64,000 bases of DNA from Schizochytrium sp. TIO01 (lineage: Eukaryota; Protista; Bigyra: Labyrinthulomycetes). Below the pieces are notes generated by a model. The model made no database searches. It worked only from the letters and a program-made list of their open reading frames with translations, and was not told the DNA's origin. Both the position numbers and the translations under genes were made by a program. The stretch covers positions 6,128,029 through 6,192,028 of the forward strand of contig SMSO01000014.1 of NCBI GenBank assembly GCA_004764695.1, read 5' to 3'. Of the stretch, positions 1 through 10,560 are shown one piece after another (position 1 is the stretch's first letter; each line of letters starts with the position of its first letter).

Positions 1-2894
1 ACCTTACAGTCTTCCTGCCAATCTCATACAATGGCCCCTTGAAAGTACCTGAACAACGTTAATGATATTATCAAGTTCAACGACTGCGGCCTTCACTGCA
101 GGGTCTGTCTAGTTCCAATAGTCATACTCCGGGTGGTTTCGTCCTTTTCTCAAGTACAGAACACTAAAATCCATATCATCAAAAGCATTAGTTGAGTCTC
201 TTTAGTTCAGGTCACACTCCTGCTCGTTGGTGCTTCTGCCATTTGTCATCGCGAATCTATTTCTGTGAACCTGCTGTGCTTCCAAATCTTATCCAGCAGC
301 TATTGCAGGGCCATTTTCTCTAACAAACCAGAAACGTGCAATATCAGTAAAGAGAGTAAGAAGTAGTATGTTTGTCCTTCTGCCTATTTTAAACACCACC
401 ATCGAGGTGGCCAATCTGTGGTGTGTACCAAACCACATCCGTCTTTAAGCATTTTTAACCCATATAAGAATGCGTTGTGCTTCATCATTGCTTTTTTCAT
501 TGACGATATGAAGCAAAATAAAAATTTCGCAATTGCATAGTCGCAGGTGGGCGAATTTGGGTGAAGTGTTCTAGTCAGCATTGTCACCTTCAGAGCAAAT
601 GAAACTGTTATTGTGCCTATGCATCTACGTAATGCGCACACTGGCCTGACTTTGAAAATGGCAGCGCTTCTACTGGTATCCCTTCATACTTGACATGGAG
701 GAGTCTCGCCAAGGAAACTCTATTCGATAACGTTTCTGTTGAGATGTTTTTTTTTTCTTTTCTTTTTTCTTTTTTCTTTTTTCTTCTGTGAAAGTTGACA
801 ACTCTATGAATTACTTCTGTCATAATACATAACATATTATTTTAAAATGGAGCAAATAAAACGAATATTTTATTTAAACTAATTCTTTTAGAAATAAAAA
901 TATAAGATTGAAAGAAAGGTCGGTCAAGAGGGCACATAATATATCCGTTGATAATCATAGGAATCGCTCAAGGGAACTCCTACGAGTCCCTGGGGTGGGC
1001 GGGAACGCGCGGAAAACGGGCAAATGGCGCGGAAGGTCGTGAGCGTGGCACGGGCGCGAGCGAGGGTTTAGCTCGATTAAGGACAACGATTTGGTTTAAG
1101 AATGGTCATTGGTCCTTTTGCATGCGTCGCTGCGCTTTTAAAAAAATGTTTTATCTTCTAGGGATGAATGGGCGATGAAAATTTAGAGATGTTCATGACG
1201 AAGCAATCCAAGCGCTTCGAGCGGGAAAATGTGCTAACCCTTTCAGTCTCCCTGCTCCCTTTCGCTTCCAAAACCATCGCAGCTGAGTAATCCTGGAGCT
1301 TCAACGGTGTGCCTTATCAGCGAGCGATCATGCGCTTCCCATCGAGAAACAGAGACTTTTTCGAGTCCTTATTTCGTTGTGATGCTATTAGCCAGGGAGG
1401 CCAAAGAACCTCGCAGGGAACTAATTGTTAGTGACGTGAAACATCAAGAAAAACCACCCAAGTAGCCAAGAATCAGAAAACAACAGAAGCGGGGGTTGTG
1501 AGGCGAACGAGAATGGAAGCGCTTATATGGTTATGAAAAGTCGAAGACAAGGCCGACCGACGATCGCCCTGCCTTATAACTCGCCAAACGACAAGATCAC
1601 CCAAGATCGCATCGAAAGGTCCAATGACGATAGTCTTCGGGAGGTAAAGGTTTTCAATTTATGCGCGAACGCGAGTTCGTCTCACTTATAAAATTTTAAA
1701 GGTACTTTCACGAAGTATAGTTCTTGAAGGCAAAGAATAATAAGTTAGTCAATTCGAATTGAGGCCTGAGGTGAGCCATTCTACATATGCATATCAACCT
1801 CGTGGGGGTGCGTACCTGTTCCGCCCTTGAACTTATCAACCCAGCCGGCAACAGCTCCAATATACCGATTGTAAATAAGAACTCGCAGTGCGCACCCTTG
1901 TCACCCTTCACCTTGCAGGCGGGCAAAAGTAAAAAGAAAATAGAAAGAAAAGATTAAAGAAAAGAGAAAAGTAAAAAGAAGAACCGCTGTAACAGTGAAA
2001 GACAAAAAGACTGAAAGACAGACAGACAGTCCTGCAACCCGAGACGGTAACCTTTGCTCAGACAGCGAGCGGCGAGCTCGAGGCCAGCGCAGGGGCGGCG
2101 GCACTCACGCCGGTACGTACGCTAACCAGTCTCCGACCAAGGTACGTGGGCTCACGGTCGGCACAGCGATGAAGAACAGCGCCGCTGTGGCGAATTGGCA
2201 TACACAGACATTGAGTCAGATAACCTGAAAACACACAACTTTGCAACACTCACGCTCTCTGAAGCACGACTTCCGGTCTGGGCGCTTCGGTTTTCTTCAC
2301 CAGGGCTGGTGCGAGATGAATCCAATCGTATAATTCTCTGACGGGAAGACTTCAACGCCTGCGTGGACGGAGAGCAACACGGAGCGGGAACGAGGTGCTC
2401 GTTGACCCGACCCCTTTTTGCGAAATGAAGCACCCTCTAAGAGTTCCTAGTAGTTAACCATAACAGGAAGTCATTTGATTGGTAAATTGAATGATCAATG
2501 ATTGACGATTCAACCAAGAAGGTCCGCCGTTCTCTTTAGGACGTAAATGAAGCTAGCGAAGCTGCTCAGTATCAGGAGCTTGGGCTAAACTGGAGTCGTG
2601 TGTAAAAGGGATAAAATGAAAAGTTGATTTCACTTTCGTTGTTGTGGTTGCTGTCTGTGGATGATAGAGTTGTTGTTGTTGTTGTCGTTGATGATGATGT
2701 TATCGCTGTTGCTGATGTTGTTGAAACTAGGGAATGGGCATAGTGTAAGCACTGGTGAATGGCAGAAAAGACTAACGATGCATATGTTGTGTTTGGCTTG
2801 GGGTGTTGTTTCTACTCGCGTAAATTATTGGCCACAGAATCAGATCATTGTATACCATTGAGTTGTGTTTAAGCATATCTACCTTCTAGCAAAT

Positions 2895-3092
2895 ATGAGT
2901 GATCAGGAGATCCAGCGCCTCGAGATGGAGGTCGAGGCACAGAAGAAGGCCATCACTACCAAGGAGGCCTGTGAGACAATTGTACAGCATGTGACTAAGA
3001 ACCAGGATGCCGACTTGCTGGTTAACCCGTCAAAGGATAACCCCTACCACCAGGCACCTTCGAGTGGCGGCGGATGCTGCACCATCTGCTAA
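2895..3092 (+). CDS. Heterotrimeric G-protein gamma subunit (65 aa)
   Basis: From ATG 2895 the ORF reads MSDQEIQRLEMEVEAQKKAITTKEACETIVQHVTKNQDADLLVNPSKDNPYHQAPSSGGGCCTIC. It has the GGL-type layout: an N-terminal coiled helix, 'EAC..IV.HV', 'D.LL', 'NPY' and a C-terminal CaaX box (CTIC). A TTCTAG acceptor at 2889 suggests a 5'UTR intron. Confidence 0.88.
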   Translation: MSDQEIQRLEMEVEAQKKAITTKEACETIVQHVTKNQDADLLVNPSKDNPYHQAPSSGGGCCTIC

Positions 3093-4274
3093 TTCACAAA
3101 ACAATCCACCTACCCTCAATAACAATTTATACTTGTGTGTTAGTTTTCGTAGCTCCTTATCCCCCATAACCACCCGCACGGCTCCGCATCGCAAGACCAG
3201 CATAATTTTTTAAAACCTCTCCGTAGCAGCGGTAGCAAGCTTTCTATTGGGCGACAAAGCTTGTGCTACTACCCCGTGGCATCGCATGACGTCATCATTT
3301 TTTACAGCCAGCACTTATCACATGTTGTTGCTCTCGCCAACCACAGAATTAAGCCTTCTCCAAAGCATTTTTTTCATGTCTTGCCAACTCTCTGTTCCTA
3401 ACAAACAATCTTGTCTATCTTGTACCACATTTTACGAGAGTTTCTGGCTGCTGCAAATCAGCATGATTACTATCCTGATATTTTGGATTCTTAACGCGAA
3501 TTATTAAGACCTTTATTACGATTCGCCTCGCGGTGAATCTCCTTGAAGAAACGTGAAGAATTCCTGTTATCATCAGCAATGTCTGCTCAGCTATACACTT
3601 GCATATATCCAAGGAATATTACGTCTCACTTTGTTTTCCTTCTTTAAAAAAAAAGGAAAGAAAAAGAAGAATCTGCAAAATTCTAAGCTGCCGGCACTAG
3701 AGTAACGTTGAGAGAGAGTCAACGCCTCTACTGCTAAAAATCGAGAGAACAGAAGACAAGAGAAATCAATTCGATAGTATGTTTATGTTTGCGATATTCT
3801 TCCAGAGGAAAAAGGCATCTCCACATTAGCAGATGCCACTTTTCCTTGTCCAGTTTCGAGTTCAGATGGAGCGAGGATGTTTCATTTGAACAACGGCATT
3901 AACCTGTAAGTATGAAGCCCAAAAGATGGTTTTAATTCTTTTAAAAAAGAAAAAGAATAAAGAATAAAATGGACCTAGAGAAAGAAGAAACCAAAAAGAC
4001 GGTTTGTAAAAGAGGTATGATCTACTAAGTAGGTAGGTCTTACCTGCATAGTACATAATCCGAATAACAATAAAAAATTGAGGAAAGCGGGCTTTTATTG
4101 TTATTGTTGCCGCTTCGTGGCAAATAATCAGTAAAGCAGCTACTGTGCGTGGGCTCGCGCAGAAGAGGCCTTCGGAAGAGCTCCGTGGCAGAGTTCCTTG
4201 ATTTCATTACACGCCTGTCTGTAAGAAAGTTTTGCGGCAGCGAAAACGGCGGCTAAAGCTCGACGACCCACAAG

Positions 4275-4796
4275 ATGGCTTCCGAAGCAGAGCAGAGTAT
4301 CAAGCGCATCCAGTCGCACAAGGGTGTGAAGCGTGTGTTTATTATCAACAACAAAGGACAGATCATTCGCAGCAGCCTTAATGAGCCCGAGGAGGAGCGA
4401 CGATACGCTGCCCTCATCTCTGAGCTGACCAAGAAAACGCAGAGCATGGTGCGCGAGCTTGATCCTGAGGTAAGTTGGCATTTCGAGCTGTTACAGGAAA
4501 TGATCAGTAACATTCACGCTAACATGAGAAGACGTACATGGATTTAAACTAACTCAAACTACAATTACTTCTTCTTCACGGTACTTCGTTTGACATTATT
4601 CTGGATATGACTGCTATTGAATTGATGACTTTGTGTTTCATCGTTGCTGTTCCCCGTGAGCCAACAGAACTCGCTAAAGTTTTTGCGAGTTCGCACAATG
4701 ACCGAAGAAATCATGATCGCGCCAGAGCCCACAGAAAACAAGTACACGCTTATCGTTATACAAGACCCTACCGACGAGGAGGCTCCTCAACTGTAA
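4275..4796 (+). CDS. DYNLRB: Dynein light chain roadblock (LC7), 2 exons: 4275-4469 + 4668-4796
   Basis: Exon 1 reads ...IKRIQSHKGVKRVFIINNKGQIIRSS...VRELDPE. The intron runs from GTAAGT (4470) to CCAACAG (4667), phase 0. Exon 2 reads NSLKFLRVRTMTEEIMIAPEPTENKYTLIVIQDPTDEEAPQL*, which matches the roadblock 'LRIRS...EIMIAP...LIVIQ' signature. Confidence 0.95.
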
Positions 4797-4871
4797 ATCA
4801 ATCTTGGCACTTAAATACTCAACTTCTTGTCCTTGCGTTGTCGTCAAACCACGATCCAGGCCCTTATCTCC

Positions 4872-5693
4872 CTACAAATACCTCTTTGGAATTCTTCTTA
4901 TCCTTTTGGGAGGCCTTTCTGTATTCTTTCCTTCCTCACCTTGCACATCTTCACCGTACCCGAACAGAAACTCTCTGTCAACATCCTCCGCAAGCTCCAC
5001 CATCGCCAGTGATTTTCCAAAGCTACGTTCCGCAAAGCCACCATTCGTTCTTTCTCTAGCACTTTCTTGGCCGCCCTTTCGTCTGTTTTCACGAGTATCA
5101 TCATTCTCTTCGCTACTATTCAGAAGACTGTTGACATTGCTTAGCTGGCTCTCCAGCAAGGTGATTTTGCGCATCGCAGTCTTCGCTTCTTCCTCTAGCA
5201 TAGACACACGATCCTCAAGAGCAACATTATTTGTTGTGACGCGCTCCTGGTGCAATGCAAGCCGTTCATAAGCAATTGACAGCCTTTCTAGCTTGTTCAC
5301 TAGGCTGGTAGCATCGAGGTCCACGTTTTGGTCAGAGTTCCCCGCTCTCGGAGGCCCTGAAAGTACTGGCAAAGGCTCGAGAGCAGCCCAGCGTTCGCGA
5401 AACTGCCGCAGAGAGAGCGCCGGGGACGAAGAAAGCGGAGCCCCGCCAGGAGTAGACAGGTCATTGCCATTTGCCGATTTGTTGCAAGCCTTTCTGGAGG
5501 CATTAGCAAGGCTTGGGATGGAGGCGAGCAAAGAGGAATTCCATGAAGTTGTGGCGGAGGTTGAAGATGAAGAAGACGAGTCTTGTGACAGCATTGGTGT
5601 ATAAAAACGTGACGAAGCGGAGTCAATGAAATCTGTGGTTGATACACTCGTTTGCGAGGCCGACCGGGCTGCTGGTGTCAAGCATGAACGCAT
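4872..5693 (-). CDS. Hypothetical protein with Ser-rich N-terminus, central coiled coil and basic C-terminal tail
   Basis: 273-aa ATG-initiated ORF with a heptad segment (LVNKLERLSIAYERLALHQERVTTNNVALEDRVSMLEEEAKTAMRKITLLESQL) and an NLS-like end (PPKRIRRIPKRYL). No family recognised. Confidence 0.7.
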   Translation of the reverse strand: MRSCLTPAARSASQTSVSTTDFIDSASSRFYTPMLSQDSSSSSSTSATTSWNSSLLASIPSLANASRKACNKSANGNDLSTPGGAPLSSSPALSLRQFRERWAALEPLPVLSGPPRAGNSDQNVDLDATSLVNKLERLSIAYERLALHQERVTTNNVALEDRVSMLEEEAKTAMRKITLLESQLSNVNSLLNSSEENDDTRENRRKGGQESARERTNGGFAERSFGKSLAMVELAEDVDREFLFGYGEDVQGEEGKNTERPPKRIRRIPKRYL

Positions 5694-6648
5694 GGAGTTC
5701 GAGGATTTGGATGCGATTTGGGAACTCTGTGGTGCAAGTGCTCGGGGGGAAAGGAGCGCAGGCGGTTGAGCACGCCACGAAAAAGAGGTGCGGAATCAAA
5801 CACACGCGAGACTTCGCGAGAACTATGGTGAGAAGGATACCCAGATTGATCAAGTGAGGAACTTGGAATGCTGAAGTGGAGATTCGGATTTGGCTTCGAA
5901 AGTTAAAAGTTGAAATTTGAAATTTGAAATTGAGATTTGAAACTTAAATCTGTAAAGTGAATATTATTGAAAGGAGGACCCCAGGCGCAGAGAAAGCAGC
6001 GGCTCCAGGTCACGGAGTAAGCAGCACCATGGCAAGTTGCAGTCGTCTCGGGCAACGTCTATAAACTTTCCTCCACCTCTGGTGCATGTGGCAGCAAAGC
6101 TCGCAACGCCCATCGGCGTCGATGGGTCCAGTCGGATGTAGAGTGATTCTCGTGGTGATAGCCTGAAAAGATAAAGAACAGAAAAGCAACACAAGCTAAC
6201 GCGACATCACAAGCACTAGCGTCTGAGGGCTGGTCGATCTGCTGGAAACGGGCTCACTTGCGTAAGACTTGTACGTTTCTTAGGCGGCAATTCGAACATC
6301 TGATACCAAGCAAAGAAGAACTCGAAGGTCTATTTGTGGACAACCCATTTTTGGACAACCCAATTTGCATTCTCAAAAATACAGAAACATTTTAAAAGAT
6401 TAAATTGAATTAAAAAAGGTTTTTAATTCAATTGAATTCTAAAGATGTATTTGCAGAAGCAGGGCAACGGACGACAACGGAAAGAAGTGAAAACTGGGAT
6501 ACTTGCAGCACTCGGTAGATGATGAAGTCTGGCAGTAGGGGCTTTGGAGACACGCCATTTCCTAGGCGTTTAGAACGATATCTTCTTGGGGAGTTTTCCA
6601 AGTAGGTTGTCCTGCTAGCCTGGGGCTCTTGTCCTTCGTAAAAGTGAC

Positions 6649-9600
6649 ATGGCAGGCAACCCTTTGGTGGAGGCTGCCAAAGCGCGAGCGCGTGCTCGTG
6701 GCAAACACGGACGAGGGTCATCCTTAGACGTATCGTCTAGAACGCGAGGTACTAGCAGTGATGTCCGTCAGGAGCGAATGACAAATCGTAAGGTTCTTCT
6801 GGAGGTTTTCAGAAGCCGCGCAGGAAAATTGCCCGTAGTTTTAGAAGAAGCAACCAAGGTAACCCATGAGGCCATAAAAGAGAATGTCCGTCCAGAGAAG
6901 AGTTTTTACTTTCAACAGCGTCATGGAAAACTTGACTTGCGAGGGATCTCACGCATCGACTTGGACCAACTTGTCGAAGATGTGGACATCGAGACACTGC
7001 AAGCATATCTTGAAAATCTGACGTTTGCTGAACTTGAAGACCACGACCTCCGTACTTGCACAGACGATACCTTTTTGAAACTTTTTCGCCTGACCCAGCT
7101 TACCATTGAGTATCTTCTTAATGTGCAGCATACATTGTACGCCTATTCGGGGACTCTGGAGCAGCAGCTTGCTCATGTGCACAAGGAGCATGACCTGGCA
7201 GAATCTCGCATGAATTTGCAGAGTGAACAATTGCAAAGTTTGCAAAGGGAGCTTAAGCAGAAAAGGAGGACCTTGAAAACTTATGAGTTTCTTTTGACTC
7301 AGCGGGGAAGCTCATCAGGAGATATCGAATCAAAGCTAGAACAGATGTCAGTGTCTTCTGCCGGGGGGGTCCTTCGAGCTCCACGTGGTTCAATGGAAGA
7401 TGCGGCAACTCTTGCGTCTGTCACAAACCCAGCAGATGCTCTTCGCGACCGTGTGCTTGAGGAAAAAACTCGAGCATTGCAAATACGAGAGGATACTTTG
7501 AAGAGCCAACAAGCTGAATTCGAAAAGCAGGCCAATAAGATGAGAGAAATGTTACAAAAGGAGGCTGAGGAGATGCGGCGCCAGCTTGCGTTTGAGATGG
7601 AAAAACAACGCGAAGAACAAAAGCATCGTGAAGAAAAGTTGGATAAGCAAGAGCAAGACTTAATGAATTTGCAAAGAAATGGATCCACAAGTACTGGTGT
7701 CAAACGTCCTCCAAGTCTGGCCGGAGGCAAGGTTGAGGATGATGTAGATATAGATATTGAGCGTCAGGTGCAGGATATTCTTATGAATGCGAACTCTTTA
7801 GAGGACTTGCGGACACAACTTTCTGGTGTGATGGATCAAAACCAGCGCCTGCGCGATGAACTCTCTCTCGTTGGTACCTTGCTTCACGAGCAGCGCAAAT
7901 CTAAAGCGGGGCATTTTAAGCATCATGCATACGATTCCGAAGAGGGAGGCGATGGAGATGAAGGAAACAGTTCAAAGGAGAAAGATGATGACACCAACAC
8001 TCAGGTTGAGACAGGTATGAAGAAAAACAAGGGCAAGGCTAGAGATGAAACGCTTATGCTTAAGTTGTCCGGCGCACAAGTGTCTCGTGATCTTGCCGAC
8101 CGCAGAAGCATGCAACTTCGACGAGTGCTACGTCTGGTACGTAGACGTCTTCAGCATCAGGCTTACAATACATGGCGACTTTTAATGTTCGCTAAACGCT
8201 CCCAGGCGCGTGAGCAAGCTCTCCAAGAAGAAATGAAGAGGATGATGCAGAGTGGTGTAGTAAAGGTCCCAGACTCAGATGGGGTAGGGTTTAACTTTGA
8301 GGCAAACTATGAGTGGCAGAATGTACCTTCGGGGTCGGTTGTGCTTAATAAACAATTTGAGATTCGAGATGAAGCTGGGCATAAACAAGCTCGAATTCCA
8401 CGTGTTTGGCTTTTAAGTACCTTGACATCTCTTGACACGGAAGTCATTGTGCCTGTGGAAAGAGACATGACTATTTTCCAGGTACGCGAGCGACTTGCGC
8501 AAGAGCTGCAAAAGCCAATAAATGCAATCATGATACAGCGGAATGCATTGCGTGGTACAGATAAGTTTATTAGCGACGCACATACAGTACAATCAGCGAA
8601 TTTCTTCTATGATAGACCATATGTGCTCCTGCAAAGCACAGTAAACTTAGCTAATAAACTATCATCATCAAGCATTGAAGCACTTATCTCGGATTATGCT
8701 CGCGAGAAAGAAGCAATTCATGGAAAGGGTCTTGGAGCAACATCTGGAGTGCCAGGTCCGAAATTTTCTTTGATTCCAGAGCGACCTCATATTCAAGCGC
8801 GTTGGCACCACGACCCGGAGGTAGTTGCTGCAGCTGAAGCTGATATTGAGAGTGAGCTTTCTCGATCCTTTGGCAGTTTGTCAACGGCCTCTTCTGCCTA
8901 TCAACGGCGCTCTAGGCGCGAGTTGCGTCGTGCAGATCTCGAAGATACGCCAAAGTCCTCCGGTCCCCGAGGCATTACAGATGAGAGCGATGCTGAGAGC
9001 GAATATGCACAGGTTCCGCCTGTCAGGATCACTCCTAATAGCCACAAGACTACTGCACTTGAGACACCTGCTGCTAACATTGCTGCGAACTCGGCGTCAC
9101 GCGTATCTGCAGATGGCAATTCTGAGTTGCTCGTACCTAGTACTCCGGGTGGAGCTTCGGAATTTACCCAGGTGAGCAATCCACGCGAGAGCAATGTACC
9201 TGTAAACTTTGGAGATTATGAATCCGAGGCAGGGCCATCGCCAATACTCCATACTCCCTCTACCGATGCGGGAGCTCAATCGCTTGTAAGTGCACTAGCC
9301 TCGCAATCTAGCACAGGCAAAGCGACTGTTCGTTCTCTGCGTCTGCACGACAGCGGCAGTGAGAATATCTTGACGCAGGACGCTCTTGCTCGCCGGCACG
9401 AGAGAGCCCTGGCTCATTTTGCTCGCCTTGGTCTTGCGCGTCGTGCCCAGGTGTCCACTCTCAACCTCTCGCAGGACTCTGGAAGTTCGCGCAGCGTGAC
9501 TAGCATGAGTAGTCAAGATGTTAGCGCGTTTGGAGCCACGGTTCGCAGCCATTTTGACGTTGAGCGTGCAGCTGATCAATACGAGCTGGGCGGTGATGAA

Positions 9601-9783
9601 AGTGATAACATTTCAGGAAGCGACGAGGAAAATAGCATGGCAAGCAGCTTTACAGGATCTAGGTCAGGACGATCTACAAATTCTGCTTCACACTCACTTT
9701 CAGAATCAAGGGGGCGAGCTTCTGGCAATAGGAGGCCTTCAACACGTACACAGGCGCTTCTGGATCAGATCGCAGATGATTGA
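6649..9783 (+). CDS. DZIP1/DZIP1L (Iguana)-like basal-body/ciliary protein
   Basis: 1044-aa ORF. The segment FYFQQRHGKLDLRGISRIDLDQLVEDVDIETLQAYLENLTFAEL...FLKLFRLTQLTIEYLLNVQHTL is the Dzip-like N-terminal domain signature and is followed by long coiled coils. Confidence 0.85.
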   Translation: MAGNPLVEAAKARARARGKHGRGSSLDVSSRTRGTSSDVRQERMTNRKVLLEVFRSRAGKLPVVLEEATKVTHEAIKENVRPEKSFYFQQRHGKLDLRGISRIDLDQLVEDVDIETLQAYLENLTFAELEDHDLRTCTDDTFLKLFRLTQLTIEYLLNVQHTLYAYSGTLEQQLAHVHKEHDLAESRMNLQSEQLQSLQRELKQKRRTLKTYEFLLTQRGSSSGDIESKLEQMSVSSAGGVLRAPRGSMEDAATLASVTNPADALRDRVLEEKTRALQIREDTLKSQQAEFEKQANKMREMLQKEAEEMRRQLAFEMEKQREEQKHREEKLDKQEQDLMNLQRNGSTSTGVKRPPSLAGGKVEDDVDIDIERQVQDILMNANSLEDLRTQLSGVMDQNQRLRDELSLVGTLLHEQRKSKAGHFKHHAYDSEEGGDGDEGNSSKEKDDDTNTQVETGMKKNKGKARDETLMLKLSGAQVSRDLADRRSMQLRRVLRLVRRRLQHQAYNTWRLLMFAKRSQAREQALQEEMKRMMQSGVVKVPDSDGVGFNFEANYEWQNVPSGSVVLNKQFEIRDEAGHKQARIPRVWLLSTLTSLDTEVIVPVERDMTIFQVRERLAQELQKPINAIMIQRNALRGTDKFISDAHTVQSANFFYDRPYVLLQSTVNLANKLSSSSIEALISDYAREKEAIHGKGLGATSGVPGPKFSLIPERPHIQARWHHDPEVVAAAEADIESELSRSFGSLSTASSAYQRRSRRELRRADLEDTPKSSGPRGITDESDAESEYAQVPPVRITPNSHKTTALETPAANIAANSASRVSADGNSELLVPSTPGGASEFTQVSNPRESNVPVNFGDYESEAGPSPILHTPSTDAGAQSLVSALASQSSTGKATVRSLRLHDSGSENILTQDALARRHERALAHFARLGLARRAQVSTLNLSQDSGSSRSVTSMSSQDVSAFGATVRSHFDVERAADQYELGGDESDNISGSDEENSMASSFTGSRSGRSTNSASHSLSESRGRASGNRRPSTRTQALLDQIADD

Positions 9784-10512
9784 TTTAATCTCTCGAACTT
9801 CTAATGATAACTCATGCGTAATTCAGATGTTGCTGCTTTAGTTTGTTACACAATAGAAATGCCTGATCATAAGTGCCTGCAGGGTCCTCTCAATTTTCGA
9901 AGAAAGTCTAGCTATTGCGTCCAATCTGCGCACAGCCCTTGGGTTTGAGGCGCATGTGGAGCTGTTCTTCTGTTCGCTGTACCATAAAATAAAGCTATGC
10001 TTGAAGTTTTCTCGCCATGAAACATCTTCACCTCATTGCGGCGCTATATAGCTAGCTAGCTACTTAGGAAGCTAAGCTAGGCTGCTAGGTAGCTAGATAT
10101 CTCATTAGGAACAATACCAAGGAGGAGTACCTCACTCACAGGGTTGAATGTACACGAGTTCAAGTTCAAGCAGATACTCCTTTAGAAGATCGATAATTTA
10201 CTAGTTGTTGCAATATTTCATTCTTTTAGGTGCCGTCGAACAGGCTCTTTCGCTAGGTGTGTTGAGCGAGTGAGCCAGTGCAGGTCTCGCGCTGACTTAT
10301 ATCCTGGCAGCGAGAAGTCCTCCTCGTCTTCTTTTCGCGAAACCAACCAAGCAACCAGGCAAGCAAGCAGCCGAGCAGCCCCGCCATCTTGAAAGTGAAC
10401 TTGCTTATCCCACCCCTGCGACGCAAGTGTTTCTCCCAGCCCACTTCCGCAGGCTACGCAGCAGTTTGGCGGCATGCACATCGCACGCAAACAAGAAGGC
10501 ACGCAAGCGAGC

Positions 10513-10551
<39 letters not shown>

Positions 10552-10560
10552 TTAGCAAGC
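10513..10560. repeat. (GCAA)n microsatellite
   Basis: Visible array. Similar arrays occur at ~16935-16960 and ~32632-32652. Confidence 0.9.

Noticed and set aside
1-740. Possible decayed coding fragment on the minus strand
   Set aside because: The best frame has about four stops in 110 codons, close to random expectation, and no recognisable motif.
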